Origin: Mobula hypostoma
Lineage: Eukaryota
Assembly (NCBI RefSeq): GCF_963921235.1
Contig: NC_086106.1
Span: 22,320,001-22,384,000 of the forward strand
DNA: 64,000 nucleotides
Reading direction: 5' to 3'
Both the position numbers and the translations under genes were made by a program. The number at the start of each line of letters is the position of its first letter. Positions within the stretch are counted from its first letter, which is position 1. This document shows positions 1 to 12,838 of the stretch, in pieces. The notes beneath the pieces are model-generated. The model saw only the letters and a list, made by a program, of their open reading frames with translations, was not told the DNA's origin and did no database searches.

Positions 1-179
1 TTACGTACGCTGTGTCTATATAATGAAGCGTGTCTGAAAGCTAACTAGAGCTTCTGAACACCGCTTTTACGAAAAGAAGCTGTCCGTTATATAACGTATC
101 AATAAAGTCTTTTAGTCTGAAACAATTTTCTGAGTCGGCCTGGTTTGTTCTGGTTGCTGCTCCCGAGATTTTTCCGCAA

Positions 180-362
180 CACTCACTAATTATCTATCTA
201 ACTAACAAACTGGCTAATAAATAAACAAGCACAAAGCAGATAGAAAATGCGAAGGGTTGAATAAATATATAAATAAACAAATGAATACATAAATGCATAT
301 TTACAAACATACATACATGCATACGTACATAGATGAATTAAAGAATGAATGAATGAATAAAT
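180..362. repeat. Compound (TAAA/TACA/GAAT)n low-complexity microsatellite
   Basis: Runs such as aataaataaac, catacatacat and gaatgaatgaat are visible directly. Confidence 0.8.
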
Positions 363-539
363 TGATGTTCAAATCCTGTAAATAGCAAAAAGAGATGGGA
401 TTAAGAAACTGTATATAGCAAGTGTTTGAAACAGTTACTTATTTTTGAGGCAATCAAAGAGAGACAAAGTCAGTGAAGAGGGTTGGAAAGTTAGGGAGTG
501 CAAGGATAGCATGAAGAGATATATTCATACGTGATTGAG

Positions 540-3521
540 AGGTTGGTGTGAAAGTTAGGGCCCAAGATTCCTGGACCGCTTGGGCCTCTTCTGGGGGAGG
601 TATGACTGGTAGAAAAAAAAAATGGGTTACACCTCAAGCCAAATGGGCCGCATATCCAAGCCAGCGCATTTAATAAAGCTGTTAGGGAAGGATTGAACTA
701 ATTCTGCAGGGGGATGGGATGTTTTAAAATAATTTACTGGGGCATCGGAACCGGAGTGATAGAATTGAGGAAGGTGTAAAAAGAAATAAATCAAAAATAG
801 CGTAGAACAGGAACTATAGGAAGAACAGGCAGCAGATTAGGTTTCATCACAGCCAGGGACACGAGTTTAAGGGCATTAGAGGCATGCTGCAGTTCAAACC
901 GAAAGCAGCAAATACTGCACTGAAAGTGTTATGTTTGAATACACGCAGCAGAAGGAATGAAATGGACGGTCTTCAAATTCAGTCACAGATTGGCAAATAC
1001 GATGTTCTGGCCATCTCTGAAACTTGGCCGAAGGATAGCTGCCATTGGGAGCTGAACGTCCAAAGATTTACGAAGTTTTGGATATAGGGTATTAGACAGA
1101 GGGGTGGAGTGGTTGTGTGTAGAAGAAAACATATTAAATATTCAGAAAGAGATGACATAGGATTGGAAGGCGTAGATTATCTGTGGGTTCAGTTAAGAAA
1201 TGGCAAGGGAAAAGAGATCCTAATGGCAGTTGTATACAGGGCTCCAACAGCAGCTGTTACAAAATTACACATTTTCGCAGGAGATAGAAAAGTCGTGTCA
1301 GAAAGGCAATGTCACGATAATCTTTGAATATTTGAATATGAAAGTGGGTTGGGAAAGCCAGGTCAGTACTGGAACTGGAGAGAGAATTTATACTATGTGT
1401 AAAGGATGGCTATTTCAGAACAGCTTGCTGTTGAGCCTACTAATGAATCGGCTGTGCTGCATTAGGTGTTGTGCAATGATCCGGAGGTGATAAGAGAGCT
1501 TAAGCTTAAGGACACTGCGGGATAGTGATCACAATTTGATCGAGTTTACATTGAAATTTAAAAGGGAAACAAAATCCAATGTGACCATATTTCAGTGGAA
1601 TATAGGAAATTATAATGTCGTGGGAGGGGAACTGCCCGAATTTGACCAGAAAGGGACATTAGCAGGAAGGACAGCAGAGCAGCAATGGCTAAAGTTTCTG
1701 CGGAAAATGAGCTAAATTCAAAACAATAAAAGCATTTTTTAGTATATAACGGTTATTAGAGAGTCGAGGCTAAATAAGGGATTAATACAAAATTACGCTG
1801 GAAATATGGTAATGAGAGTTGCAGAGACGATAGAGGAATCGAATGCGTATTTTGCATCAGTCTTCACAGTGGATGACGTCTGGAGTATACAGAACATTTG
1901 AGCGTGTCAGAAAAGTGAAGTTTGTGTCGTAGAAATGACGACTGAGAAAGTGCTTAGAATGCTGAATGAAATTATCTGATGGTGGATACATAATCTGGAC
2001 CTGATGTAATGCATCTTCGGGTTCTGAAACAAGCAGCAAGATAGATTGCGGAGGAATTAACTATGAGCTTTCAAGAACCAATAGATACTAGCATTGTACC
2101 AGATGACTGTAAAATTGCAAATGTTACTCCGCTAATTCAGAAGGGTGGGGGCAGCAGAAAGGAAATTATAGACCTGCTAGCCTGAGATCGGTGGTTGGGA
2201 GTTTGATGGAATCGATTGTTCGGGATGAGATTAATGAGATTAGGGTGAACTCGGAGGCACAGGGAAAGATAGGACATGCTAGCATGGCTTCCTGAAAGTA
2301 AAACACTGACAAACCGACGGCAATTCTTTGAGGAAATTACAAGAAAGGTGGACAAAACAAATGCCGTAGACGTGGCGTACCTGGATTTTCAGAAGTTCTT
2401 TGGCAAGTTGCCCCACGAGTGACTTTTTAGAAAGATAAATCCCCATGAAATTGCAGGGAAGTTACTAGCATAGGTGGAAGATTAGCTGGTGGGCAGAAAA
2501 CAAATAGTGGGAATAGAGGGATCTGATTCCAGATGGCTGCCGGTTACGAGTGGTGTTCCACAGCGGTTGTTGTTGGGACCGCTGTTCTTTTTCAATGTAT
2601 GTCAATGATTTGGACTATAGTATTAATGCATTTGTGGCTAAGTTTGCCGATGATACAAAGAAAAGTGGTGGAACAGATAGTGTTCAAGGAACAGAGAGAT
2701 TGCAGAGAGACTTATATAGTTTAGGGGAATGGTCAAAGAGGTGGCAAATAAAACAGAATATTGGAAAGTGTATGGTCATGCACTTTGGTGGAAGAAACGA
2801 GCGATCAGATCACTATTTACATGAGGAGAGAATTCAAAATGCAGAGACGCAAAGGGACTTGGGAATCTGGTTGTGCAGAAGGCGAATGAAAAGTTGGCAT
2901 TCATTACCCGAGGTATAGAATATAAGAAAATAAGAAAAGGGATGTGATATTGAGGCTCTAATATGCACTGGTGAGACCACACTTCAAAAATCGTGCGCAC
3001 TGTTGGGCTCACTCTTTTATAAAATATGTTGGAGATGATTCAGAGAATATTCACGGGAATGAAAGGCTAAACGTAAGGAGAATGTCTGGCAGATCTTGGG
3101 CTGTATTTCCTGGAGCTCAGGCGAATAAGGGTGGAGCTCATACAAAGATTCCAAATGTTAAAACTCCTGAACAGAATAGATATGGCAAAGTTATTTCACA
3201 TGCTAGTGGATAGTACTACAAGAGGACACGAATTCAGAGTTGGAAAAAACTTCCATATAGAACTAATATTCGGAGAATTTACCTGAATCATAAGGTGGTA
3301 AATCTGTGGAAGTTGTTGCCACGTGCGTCTGTGGAGGCCGTCATTGGGTGTATTTATGTAAGAGAAAAAAAATAGTTTCTTGTTTAGCCATTGAATCAAA
3401 GATTATGGGTGGAAGGCGGTGGAGTGGAAATGCTGGAAGAATTGGATAAGCCCATGACCGAATGGCGGAGCAGGCTTGATGGTCCGAAATGCCTACTTCT
3501 GCTCTATATCTTATGGTCTTA
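540..3521 (+). mobile_element. CR1-clade LINE, degenerate (end of ORF1, endonuclease, RT, 3' end)
   Basis: Endonuclease motifs LCLNTRS and YDVLAISETW (ORF 884). RT motifs YVNDLD and KFADDTK (ORF 2550). CR1-type 3' tail ...tcttatggtctta at ~3511-3521. Many stops and frameshifts. Confidence 0.85.
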
Positions 3522-5209
3522 GTTTACGAGATAGAAATGAAGGATGGAAATGTACATAGGGGGTAGACTTATAACCAGAAGGCAGTTCTCGAAATCTGAG
3601 GGGAAGCATAGAATCGAGGACTAGGGAAACTCTCTCCCGTCTCACCAAAATAGAAGACAGATTTATATTACGATTTCCTCGCTTATATTGGATTCGGAGC
3701 ACAGACACTGGACTTTGACTCCAAGTGTCCCTGTTTGTTAACAAAACTAACTCCATGCCGTCTATATTAATTATATTTTCGTTTTCCATTGTAAATTTAC
3801 GTTCAGTCGCTTTTTCCTGTGAACTATGCCTGGGATTCCCTCCCTGACAGTCACTACTTTCGTGTTTCTTTTCGAAGACTGTGGCGTAGCCTCGTTTTCC
3901 ATGATTGCGCCTGATCTTACGACAGAAGTATGACGTTCTATAACACTGAAGTGCAGCTACTGTGCAATTATGGCTACTGACATTGCTTTATGCTACATCC
4001 TGTATCTTCGAGATCAGGAAGTATATCTGCAGAATTTATACAATACTTTGCTCTAATCCACGCCACTTGTTTTTTTTCTGATAGTCTTTCTGCTATTTAT
4101 CGGTTAAAAAAATCCATTCTGCTGCTTTGTCAATCGGTTTCCACTGAATACATTCTGTGTCATGTACCCACAGTGGAATGGCAATGCAACAGATGCTCAC
4201 TGGAGGCTGCATTTGCCCGGTTGTCTAATGTGATGGGAGACGTAGTATCCTCGAATATTTACTAAATGCATTACGATATTTCCTATTCGATGGTAAGAAG
4301 CTCGATTCTCTCAACACATGTAATATTGGCAAAATCTGTTCCTTTTTAACTCTTCCACTTTAATCCTACAATGCTGCAACTTAACAGATAATTTACTTAT
4401 CAACACGGAGTGTAAAGATGGATAATTTATTACATTTAATTGTACGATTCCGTACGTCTAGCTCCTAGGAATTGTGACCTGTTCCACCTAAATCTGGCTT
4501 GCGATCGATAAACATTCTAAAGTACATGTTTTTTTTTCACGATACTTTGTCTTGTTTCTCTTATTAAATAGAGAGACAAAGGTACGACGTAACTGCAGCT
4601 CTGCCTTGCGGAATGTAACTCTATTTCCTTTTGTCCTCCATGTTATTACGAGAATTTTGTTTTACCAAAATTGACAGATTGCGTGATCTAGGATAGCTAT
4701 TGAACGGTTTTCATATGTTTCTACATTTCCAGTGGATATTCTCGTTCCTTCAAAATTGGGAAGACTTGCGTGCAGGTTATAACATTTTCAACTGAAAGCT
4801 CACTGTATATCTACAGGGGAGAGCCAGTAGTGATGGTATGGAGGGTAGAGATGGATTCGTTGAGGTTTTTTTTTCTTGCATTAGAATAGTTGATTGCCTT
4901 AGTATAGCACCTTCCGCAGATAGAAGGCTGAACTAAAAGCGCTCTAATCCGAATTGGAAACTGTAGGTGTAAAGAGCTTGAGATCCAATCATCTCAATTA
5001 TCATATGAAGATATATTTATTTATGTATTTTATTTTTTTTTCCAAATTGCGTGAGGCGCCTGACAATCAGGCACCAGAAAATTACCACATGTCCCGGCCG
5101 AAATGTTAAGCTTTCTCTGATCTCTATTTCATTACACGTATCAAATTCGGGGCATAAATACAGTGACATAATTCCATGTGTCATTGTCCCACTTCAAAGC
5201 AAAAAAAAG

Positions 5210-5608
5210 ATGCGCTGTCTACGCACTTTACTGACAGTAATCATTGACTTCCCAAGTGAGGCTTTGTGTAACTGAATTTCTGAATGTTCGGGGCTTCTGT
5301 TATACTTTACAGGAGCCGATGACAATGAATTAATGTTGCAGTGACCTACTGAGCTGAATACTGAAGAAGGATCAAATGCAACGCTGAAATGCATTTATCC
5401 GAAAACATTAACTGCAAGCACCGTTTTCTTCGACATCCAACATCTTGGAGAGGAGATGAGATATCCGCTGAAGAGATACGTCACCAGTTCTGGATCCCAC
5501 GCAACAGAGGTTTTCTGCTGATTATTGGGAAAAAAAAAAAGAGCGTCAGTTCCTTTTCTTTCCCTGATGACTTTTTTCTCTTTCTATGCATCGATGCGTC
5601 ATGAGGGC
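5210..5608 (+). pseudogene. TCR alpha/delta-type V pseudogene (V-a); not recognisable from the ORF track
   Basis: 46-nt leader exon ATG 5210-5255 (MRCLRTLLTVIIDFP) with GT donor at 5256 and AG acceptor at 5311-5312. V exon reads GADDNELMLQ*PTELNTEEGSNATLKCIYP..., with in-frame TGA at 5342. The conserved WY is replaced by FD. After a frameshift it reads FSADY, and it ends TGC GTC ATG AGG GC (CVMR) before heptamer CACGTTG at 5609. Confidence 0.85.
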
Positions 5609-5647
5609 CACGTTGTGAAGAGAAGCAAAAAAAAATCAGTAATAAGC
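5609..5647 (+). other. Degenerate RSS of V-a
   Basis: Heptamer CACGTTG at 5609-5615. The spacer shares GAGAAG with the V-b spacer. No recognisable nonamer (poly-A expansion). Confidence 0.55.
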
Positions 5648-6303
5648 AAAGCTCAAGAGTTACAGCGATCACTTAGAAGTGCACAGACAAAATTAACTGA
5701 TCCCAGAGAGAAATTTATCAGAGCCTTCGTCAATCACATTGGAACTATTGTTCGCTCAAAGGACTGTAGAAGCAGTAATTGCCCAACACTCAACACGTTA
5801 GAAGTGACCCCTCCACCACAATTGTCCTATGCAGATCATACCACTTTTTGAATGCCTGTCATCTATAGCGATACATGAAACCGAACAATGTTTTAAAAAT
5901 AAAGCTATCAAGTCAAATAGACAGAAATGTCATTTGATATTTGTATGCGGATATCAACACTCGGCATGTCACAAAAACCTGCGAGACAGAAAGAAGAAAG
6001 GCTGGAGGCGACTCTTCAACGTGAAAGGCAAAAATAACGGTACAATGAAACTAAGAAAAAGACGTAGAAATACTTTCCTGTGGTAAAATACCTAATCAAT
6101 AATTTTCATCGTGAATGGCAGATGGCCAGGAGGTGAGGAGAAATATATAAAAAAAAAGTGGTTTAAGGAGCTAGAGTGAAGATAAATTGCTAAGGTTCAA
6201 ATTTCAGGATAGGAGAGAGCACACGACAGAGAAACAGCGAATTTCATTTCGTACACTGACAGCAGGAGGGCTTCGGCGTACATTAAAACTAATTATGCAC
6301 CAT

Positions 6304-6605
6304 AAACAGCAGGAATTCTGCAGATGCTGGAAATTAAAGCAACACATCAAAATTGCTGGTGAACGCAGCAGGCCAAGCAGCATCTCTAGGAAGAGCTACA
6401 GTCGACGTTTCAGGCCGAGACCCTTCGTCAGGACTAACTGAAGGAAGAGTTAGTAAGAGATTTGAAAGTGGGAGGGGGAGGGGAGATTCAAAATGATAGG
6501 AGAAGACAACAAGGGGAGGGATGGAGCCAAGAGCTGGACAGGTGATTGGCAAAGGGGATCTGAGAGGATCATGGGACAGGAGGTCCAGGGAGAAATTATG
6601 CACCA
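6304..6605 (-). mobile_element. Penelope-like element terminal-repeat fragment
   Basis: Starts aacagcaggaattctgcagatgctgg...gcagcatct...gacgtttcaggccgagacccttcgtcagga. This is the reverse complement of the tail that follows the GIY-YIG remnant at ~57.0-57.3 kb. Related fragments at ~7240-7560, 13060-13140, 35880-36200 and 42310-42550. Confidence 0.6.
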
Positions 6606-6659
6606 TGACAGCTCCATATGGCCTTTGAAAATAGAGGTTCGGAATAAACATCTATTCCA

Positions 6660-7100
6660 TAAGCCTATTCCTTCTAAACAGTTGTCATAGTGCATTAATG
6701 CGACGTCGCCATTGGTGTGCAAAGGAGATAGAACAACTTCGTTCTGTTCGATTTTCATCGAACATTTGTCTTTCCTGGCGATTCCTTCTCTTCTCTGCAG
6801 TCCGTGTTTCATAATCTCTTCCCGAACGTTCACAGTTTCTGTGCATCTAAGCAGCAGCCTGTGGCGGTAAACCAGTGTTGAAGTATGCACGCGAATTGAT
6901 GTCTGATAAAGAACATCCGGCGCTGACAATACCTTCTTGTAGATAAAGTATCGTGCAGAGAGGTGGGAATCTGAAAAATGCCTCAGAACCAGAGGTTGCC
7001 CTTACTGGAAGCAACACACGGGATAATTTATGTCTGTAGGCAAAGGTTCTTATTATTAACAGGATATATATCGTCTCCATGCATCCTGTTGACAGGTTTA
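6660..7100 (-). mobile_element. Possible CR1 ORF1 (SGNH esterase-like) remnant
   Basis: Minus-strand peptides PVCCFQ and EQNEVVLSPLHTNGD resemble the VCCLPGA and QPEVVVHIGTND motifs of CR1 ORF1. Confidence 0.35.
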
Positions 7101-7694
7101 TTCACGTTGGAATAGATTCTTATCGATCCGCTTGTTTCTCATGACCACTTCAGAAGGCAAAAGAAGCACCATATCATCATGCAGCCTCAGATCCCGAAGG
7201 TGAATATTGAGAGCAACAGACAACATGGTGGAGGTAAGACTCTCTCTAGGGAGACGATAAACAGTGAACGTTCAAGCTGAATCCTAACAGGGACTACAAA
7301 TAACAGGAAACATCCGGAATGACAAAGTCGGTTGCGGGGAGGAGTGGTTAAAGGAGTATAAGATGGGAGGGGAGGGAAGAAACGGACGTATGCGTGAATG
7401 GTGACGAAGTGGAAAGCTGGCTGGTGATAAGTGGAAAAGGTAAGGTGGAAAATAAATGTAAAGCAGTTTGACAGGAGAGTGGAGTAGAATATGGCACAAT
7501 CAGCATGAGGAAGGTACCGGATGAACATGATAGACAGGGAAGGATAAAATAATATATAAGAAGTAAATCAGCATGGGGAATGAAAAAAAAACAATCAGAA
7601 ATAGAATCAGATTTATTATCACCGGCATGTGACATGAACGTCCTTAACTTAGCAGCAGCTGTTCAATGCCACACATAATCCAGTAGAAAGAGAA

Positions 7695-7696
<2 letters not shown>

Positions 7697-7727
<31 letters not shown>
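7697..7727. repeat. (AAT)n microsatellite
   Basis: Perfect aataataat run. Confidence 0.9.
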
Positions 7728-8439
7728 GAAACAGGTAAATCATTCACGTATATGAATATATATTATTTTTTAATGTGCGAAAACGTAAGTACTCTATATT
7801 TAAAAAAAAGTGACATAGGGTCCAAAATACAGAGAAGAGCGTTCGGATTATAATGCAATAATGTCTATGCTATCAGATTGGCGATTACCCAGATTATTTT
7901 GAAATATTGCACCTCCGACCTGTGCGTTGACTCGACGGGGCAATGGAAGAGGCTAGGCTCCAAGCAGTTCCAAATTGGAACTATTTATGAAAAATAATTT
8001 CAGTCTTGGAAACAGTAAAAAGGGCGTAACATTGAACACTATTGTTTCTGTCCACAGAATTCGCTGCATTTTTGAAGTATATTAGAACATGGGATATTTA
8101 CTATTTTAACGCAACAGTGGAATAGTTTCGATTCCCTTATGTGGAGTTGGTTTATGTGTTAATTGGGCGTTAGATGATCCCTGTGGTCTCAGGTTCTTAT
8201 TGAAAATTAGACAGTTCTTGTCAGCTAGGGGTGTATCAAATGGGATCGCTGGAAGTTTGTTTCCATATGCTCTTGATCTCGACAAGAAAGCTGACGAGAA
8301 GCTGTCTTGATCCTGGCAAGTTTTGGATTGCTAAGAATGCTGTTGTAAATGCATGCAGTTCCACTCTCGCGTTTTTTTTTTCCCCAAATTGGCTTGATAA
8401 CAGAAGCCTCTACGTGACCTGCGTAGAAATTCAAAAGCA

Positions 8440-8866
8440 CAGACGGTTGAGGCTTCACAAAAAAAAGGTAACAGTTGTGCTGTTAGGGAGTTTTGTTCAG
8501 GGAGCGGTGTCTCAGAAAGGCAGCGCCCATTATTAATGATCTCCAACCCCAGGGCATGCCCTTTTCTCACTGTGACCATCAGGTAGCAAGTATACAAAGT
8601 ACATACTCTGCGATTCATGAACAACTTCTTCACCTCTGCCATTCGATTCCTACATGGACTTTGAACCCTTGGTCACTAGCTATTTTTTTAAAAATATGCA
8701 ATATTTCAGATTTTGCACGTTGTATAATCTATTCAATATACGTATACTGTAATTTCTATGTTTATTTTATATATTGTATTTTCTCTTCTTTATTATTTAT
8801 TGCATTGAACTGCTGCTGCTAAGTTAAAAATATACGTCACATGCCAGTAATAATAAACCTGATTCT
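8440..8866 (+). mobile_element. Rex1/Babar LINE 3' fragment
   Basis: ERCLRKAAPIINDLQPQGMPFSHCDHQ matches the Rex1 ORF C-terminus. Ends with the typical tail aataataaacctgattctg. Confidence 0.7.
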
Positions 8867-9879
8867 GTTTCATATTTTGTCGAATCATGAGTCAATAGTG
8901 CAAAGGTAATGAGCACTCAGTTGAAAGATAAGGCGAAATATTTGCGCAGACCTAGGGTTTTCTTGTGAAGGGCAGTAGCAGAAATTATGTAAATATATGT
9001 GTAATAAATACACTGGACTGTTGTTATCTCTGTCATCATAGAGTTGCATGCCAGAGATTATGTAAGCCCTTTGAACACCTACGAACACCTTGGCTGTCTA
9101 AAATGATTGACAATGCTTTGCTCACCTAATCGTCTATTTACAGCCTCTGTCCTGTTCCCCGTAGCCGTTTCCACAGCAGTCATTTCTTCACTGTCTTCAA
9201 ATAAGATTTCAATTGATATGATTGCATATTTCGATGAATATTGCAGTCTGTCTATTGAATGTGTGTATGTCATAGGTGGGATTAATCGACTCGCAGCGGA
9301 GTTTTGCATACTCTGTGTGATTGCTTGTATTGAAAATAATGTGTTTTCACTATTCTAATAAATATGTGCCAATAATAGATTATGATCTTGACATCCCTTA
9401 ATGTCAATCCATACAAATGGGAAAGCAAACTAATAAGTAGCCGAACTCACCCCACTGTGAAGGCAAAAACACTGTTGGTAATGAAAATGTACAATGCCTA
9501 TGTATTCCTGAGCCAACGTCCACCTACGAAACTTTATCCAAACATGGCTTTCTTAGACTGAACGCACATCCCGAATGAATCATATTAACGTTCCTTTGGT
9601 GCAGACTAAATGGGAGCTGTTGGGCCATACGTGCATCATAAAATCCCACGAGAACTAGAGGAATAGCTAGATTTCGGTAAAATAATTGGGAAGATGAAAG
9701 AGAATGAGAGATCAACGGGAATCGAGTCAAAAAAAAAAGCTAGCCAAGGTACACTGCACACCAAAGAAACAGGCAATCCGTTAGATTTTGTATTGTGGGT
9801 GAAAGATTTCAGAAAGCCAACGGTGTTATTCAGGACACTCTGCTCTCGGGTTATCAAGGGTTAATTAAGCACTTGGCAC

Positions 9880-12110
9880 GGGTAAATAGAAAACCGAAAA
9901 TTTATTCAGTTGGTCCTAACTGGAACGAAATTGTGTAAGTAGGTCAGTGTTCGGTTCGGCAGTCAGAGGTTTTGTCTCAAAGTGTAAAGGCAAATCGTGG
10001 ATACAGGTTTAATTCTTGGATAACATTCTTTGCTTATTTTCAATTGTACGGTAAGGCGGTGGAATTGTTCGTCAGGATAGATGGATGTTCGTCTACCTCT
10101 GCTGTCTCTGACGACCACACTTGTTGGAAGTGCATCCAGCGGTAGCATCTTGCAGGCTGTGATCCCGAGCTGCAAATAGACCTCATGCTTTACAGACCAT
10201 TCGTACCCTTCTTAAGTCCGTACCAATGACAGAAGTACTGCGGGTGATAAGGAACTGCCAAGTGGTTCAGGACATTATCTGATGAAGTAAGGGACTTAAC
10301 CGCCGGATTAGTGATCACCACACTGCTAGAGTATCACTTGCGAGCGAGTCCAGAAATGGGATAATAATACAACTTTATCACGGCTACTGAGTTTGTGTAG
10401 AGAGTAGGGCATCGGATTTCTGGTTCATTAGTCTCGCTTCCATGGATGATTGAAAATACATAGGCGTGACTGTTTGCATCTAAGTTGGAGGTGTCTAATA
10501 GCATTTAACGGTTGGAATCAGTTGCACGGTTTTGGGAATTAACTACCTGGGAAGTATATGCAGCAGTTATGCGATTAAATACATGTATGTGAGCCTACAT
10601 ATAAAACGTGGAACTGAAATATTGAACATGGTGAAATAACGTACTGGGTTGCATAACCCGTATTGCCAGTAGTACTTTGGGAAATGTGGATGAGTTTAGA
10701 TCAGGGATCAGGACTTTACCTTATAGGATTGTAGCCATGAGTGAAACTTGCTTGAAACAGGGGAGGACTGGCAACTCAGTGCTTCAGAATTTCACTGACT
10801 GCGATAACTGAATGGAAGTAGTAAAATATAGAATGGTGATATTAATAGACTGTGCAGTGCATGAACAGCACACATTGGAATACTCGTCAAATAAGGATAT
10901 ATGGGTCAAATAAAGAAGAATAAATGGATGGCAATGCTGATAAGTTCATATCCTTGATCAACTGAAACGTTCGCGGGATTTTGAGGAGCAAGTTTTTAAC
11001 GAGATCGCAAGAACTATAGGAATATAACGAATTTTAACTAATTAGCTGATTTTAACTTTCTACGTTTTGACCGGGTCACCCATAGTGAAAATGGGTTTGA
11101 GCAGACATGACTTGTCACAGTTGTTCAGAAAAGTGTTCTTATTTAATATATAGAGTACTCAGCAAAATCACTGATTACGAAGCGAGACAGGACAGGTGAC
11201 AGAAGTGTGTACCGCATTTTGGTTCTGATAAACATAATTTGATTAGTCTCTAGATAATTATGGAGTAGGATTGTTCCATTCCTAGGATCAAGATTCTAAT
11301 TTGGAGAAGGGCTAATTTGAGAGCTTCAGAAGCGACCTGGCAAGTGATTTGAACTCGGCTAGTAGGGCACCGTCAAAAGTGAAACTCTCAGATTCCGGTG
11401 TTTGCAAGCTCCTGTCAGAATAACAGGCAATACGAACAAATTTAAGGACCGTTTGTTTGCTAGGATATTGTGGCCCTGATTTAAAAGAAGAACGAAGGTC
11501 ACAGTGGGTAGGCACTTACAGCAATCCATGAACTGTATGTGGTGATAGCAGAAGTGCAAAACAAATCAAAGAAAGACATAAAGAAGGCTAACAGGATGCA
11601 TGGGGCTGCTTTAGCAAACCATAGAACAGTGATTTCTAAGGGCTTCGACATATAAAATGACACAAAAGCATATGAAGGGACAATCTTGACGAGCAATACG
11701 ATCGTCTACCTGTGCTGCCAAAGTTGACGGGGAAAATCATGTAGATAATTTTGAATCGTTATTTATAGAGTCAAAACCTCAGTGAGGTCAGAAACAATGC
11801 TGCCATTTCCTATGGACCTAAGGAAAGGAAACAACTAAAAATATTATCACGTTGTTCTCTGGAGCGCCATAGAATGAAGGTAAAATTTATTCAGGCGCAC
11901 AAAATAACGAGGAAAGCAGGTAGGTTCAATGCTAGCAGGCTTGTTTTTCCCTTCGAGGTTGGGTAGTTTTAGAAAGAAAACTTATGGGTAAGGGTAAAAT
12001 GTGAAGGTTTAACGGGGTCATGAAGGAGAAATTACTCATTCATCTGGTAGTAAGAGTGGAATAATCTGTCAACGGGAGTTGTGAACAAGTGTTTGATTAC
12101 CCCATTTAAG
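9880..12110 (+). mobile_element. Old, internally deleted CR1 LINE
   Basis: ORF1 zinc-finger-like gaccacacttgttggaagtgcatccag, endonuclease-like gattgtagccatgagtgaaacttgcttg and RT 3' remnants. Heavily decayed. Confidence 0.55.
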
Positions 12111-12316
12111 ATTAGTTTCCGTGCTGTAGTTCCGCACTGCTGTAAAGCACTGTGAGATTGGGGGAGTTGGAAGGGGAGGCGAAGGAACAGAACAAATCAG
12201 CGAATGTCACGGCTGAAGGATGTGCTGTAATAACGTCAACCGCCATAGATCAGAACATTATATACCAAGTAAAGCCCTGTTCTTGGTTTCATAACAGATA
12301 TCCGAACCCAAACAGG

Positions 12317-12800
12317 ATGAATGTCTTACTCATCTCATGTTCTGTATCTAAACTACTGTCCACGTTGTGTGAATATTTAATGATAATAATCATTGCTTTC
12401 TCTGGTGAGTGCATTTTTTAGAATAATTCTCTGCACAGCTTTGGTTCAATTCCAAACTCCTCGATGTTTCTGTCTTCTTTCTTACTTTTAAAGGAGCATT
12501 CGGCGATGATTCAGTATCTCAGTATCCGCCTGAACCTACAGTTGAAGAAGGTTGGACTGTAACTCTTAACTGCAATTACACTGCAGCATACGCTGGAGAT
12601 ACTGCCATCTGGTACGTTCAGTCTTCCAGAAGAGTGCCGAGATATATGGTAAAGATTTTGCCTAACGGGTCCCCAGCCCGGTCACTGCATTTCACAGAAA
12701 AGTTTTCTGCTGCTTATCAGAAAATAAATATGACAGTTCCTTTAACCATCTCCGGGTTCCTGGTGTCGGACTCTGCCTTGTATCTCTGCGCTATGAGGCC
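12317..12800 (+). CDS. TRAV: TCR alpha/delta-type V segment (V-b), open reading frame; exons 12317-12404 and 12494-12800
   Basis: Donor GTGAGT at 12405 and acceptor AG at 12492-12493 (phase 1). V exon reads GAFGDDSVSQYPPEPTVEEGWTVTLNCNYTAAYAGDTAIWYVQSSRRVPRYMVKILPNGSPARSLHFTEKFSAAYQKINMTVPLTISGFLVSDSALYLCAMRP, with Cys, Trp and D-x-A-x-Y-x-C intact and no stops. The start is uncertain: the ATG used by paralogues is ACG here (12362), and an in-frame ATG lies at 12317. Alpha versus delta usage cannot be resolved from V alone. Confidence 0.88.
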
Positions 12801-12838
12801 CACATTGCTGTAGAGAAGTGGCTTCTTAAACAAGTACC
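12801..12838 (+). other. RSS of V-b (22-bp spacer)
   Basis: Heptamer CACATTG at 12801-12807, 22-nt spacer, nonamer ACAAGTACC at 12830-12838 (2 mismatches to ACAAAAACC). Confidence 0.75.
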
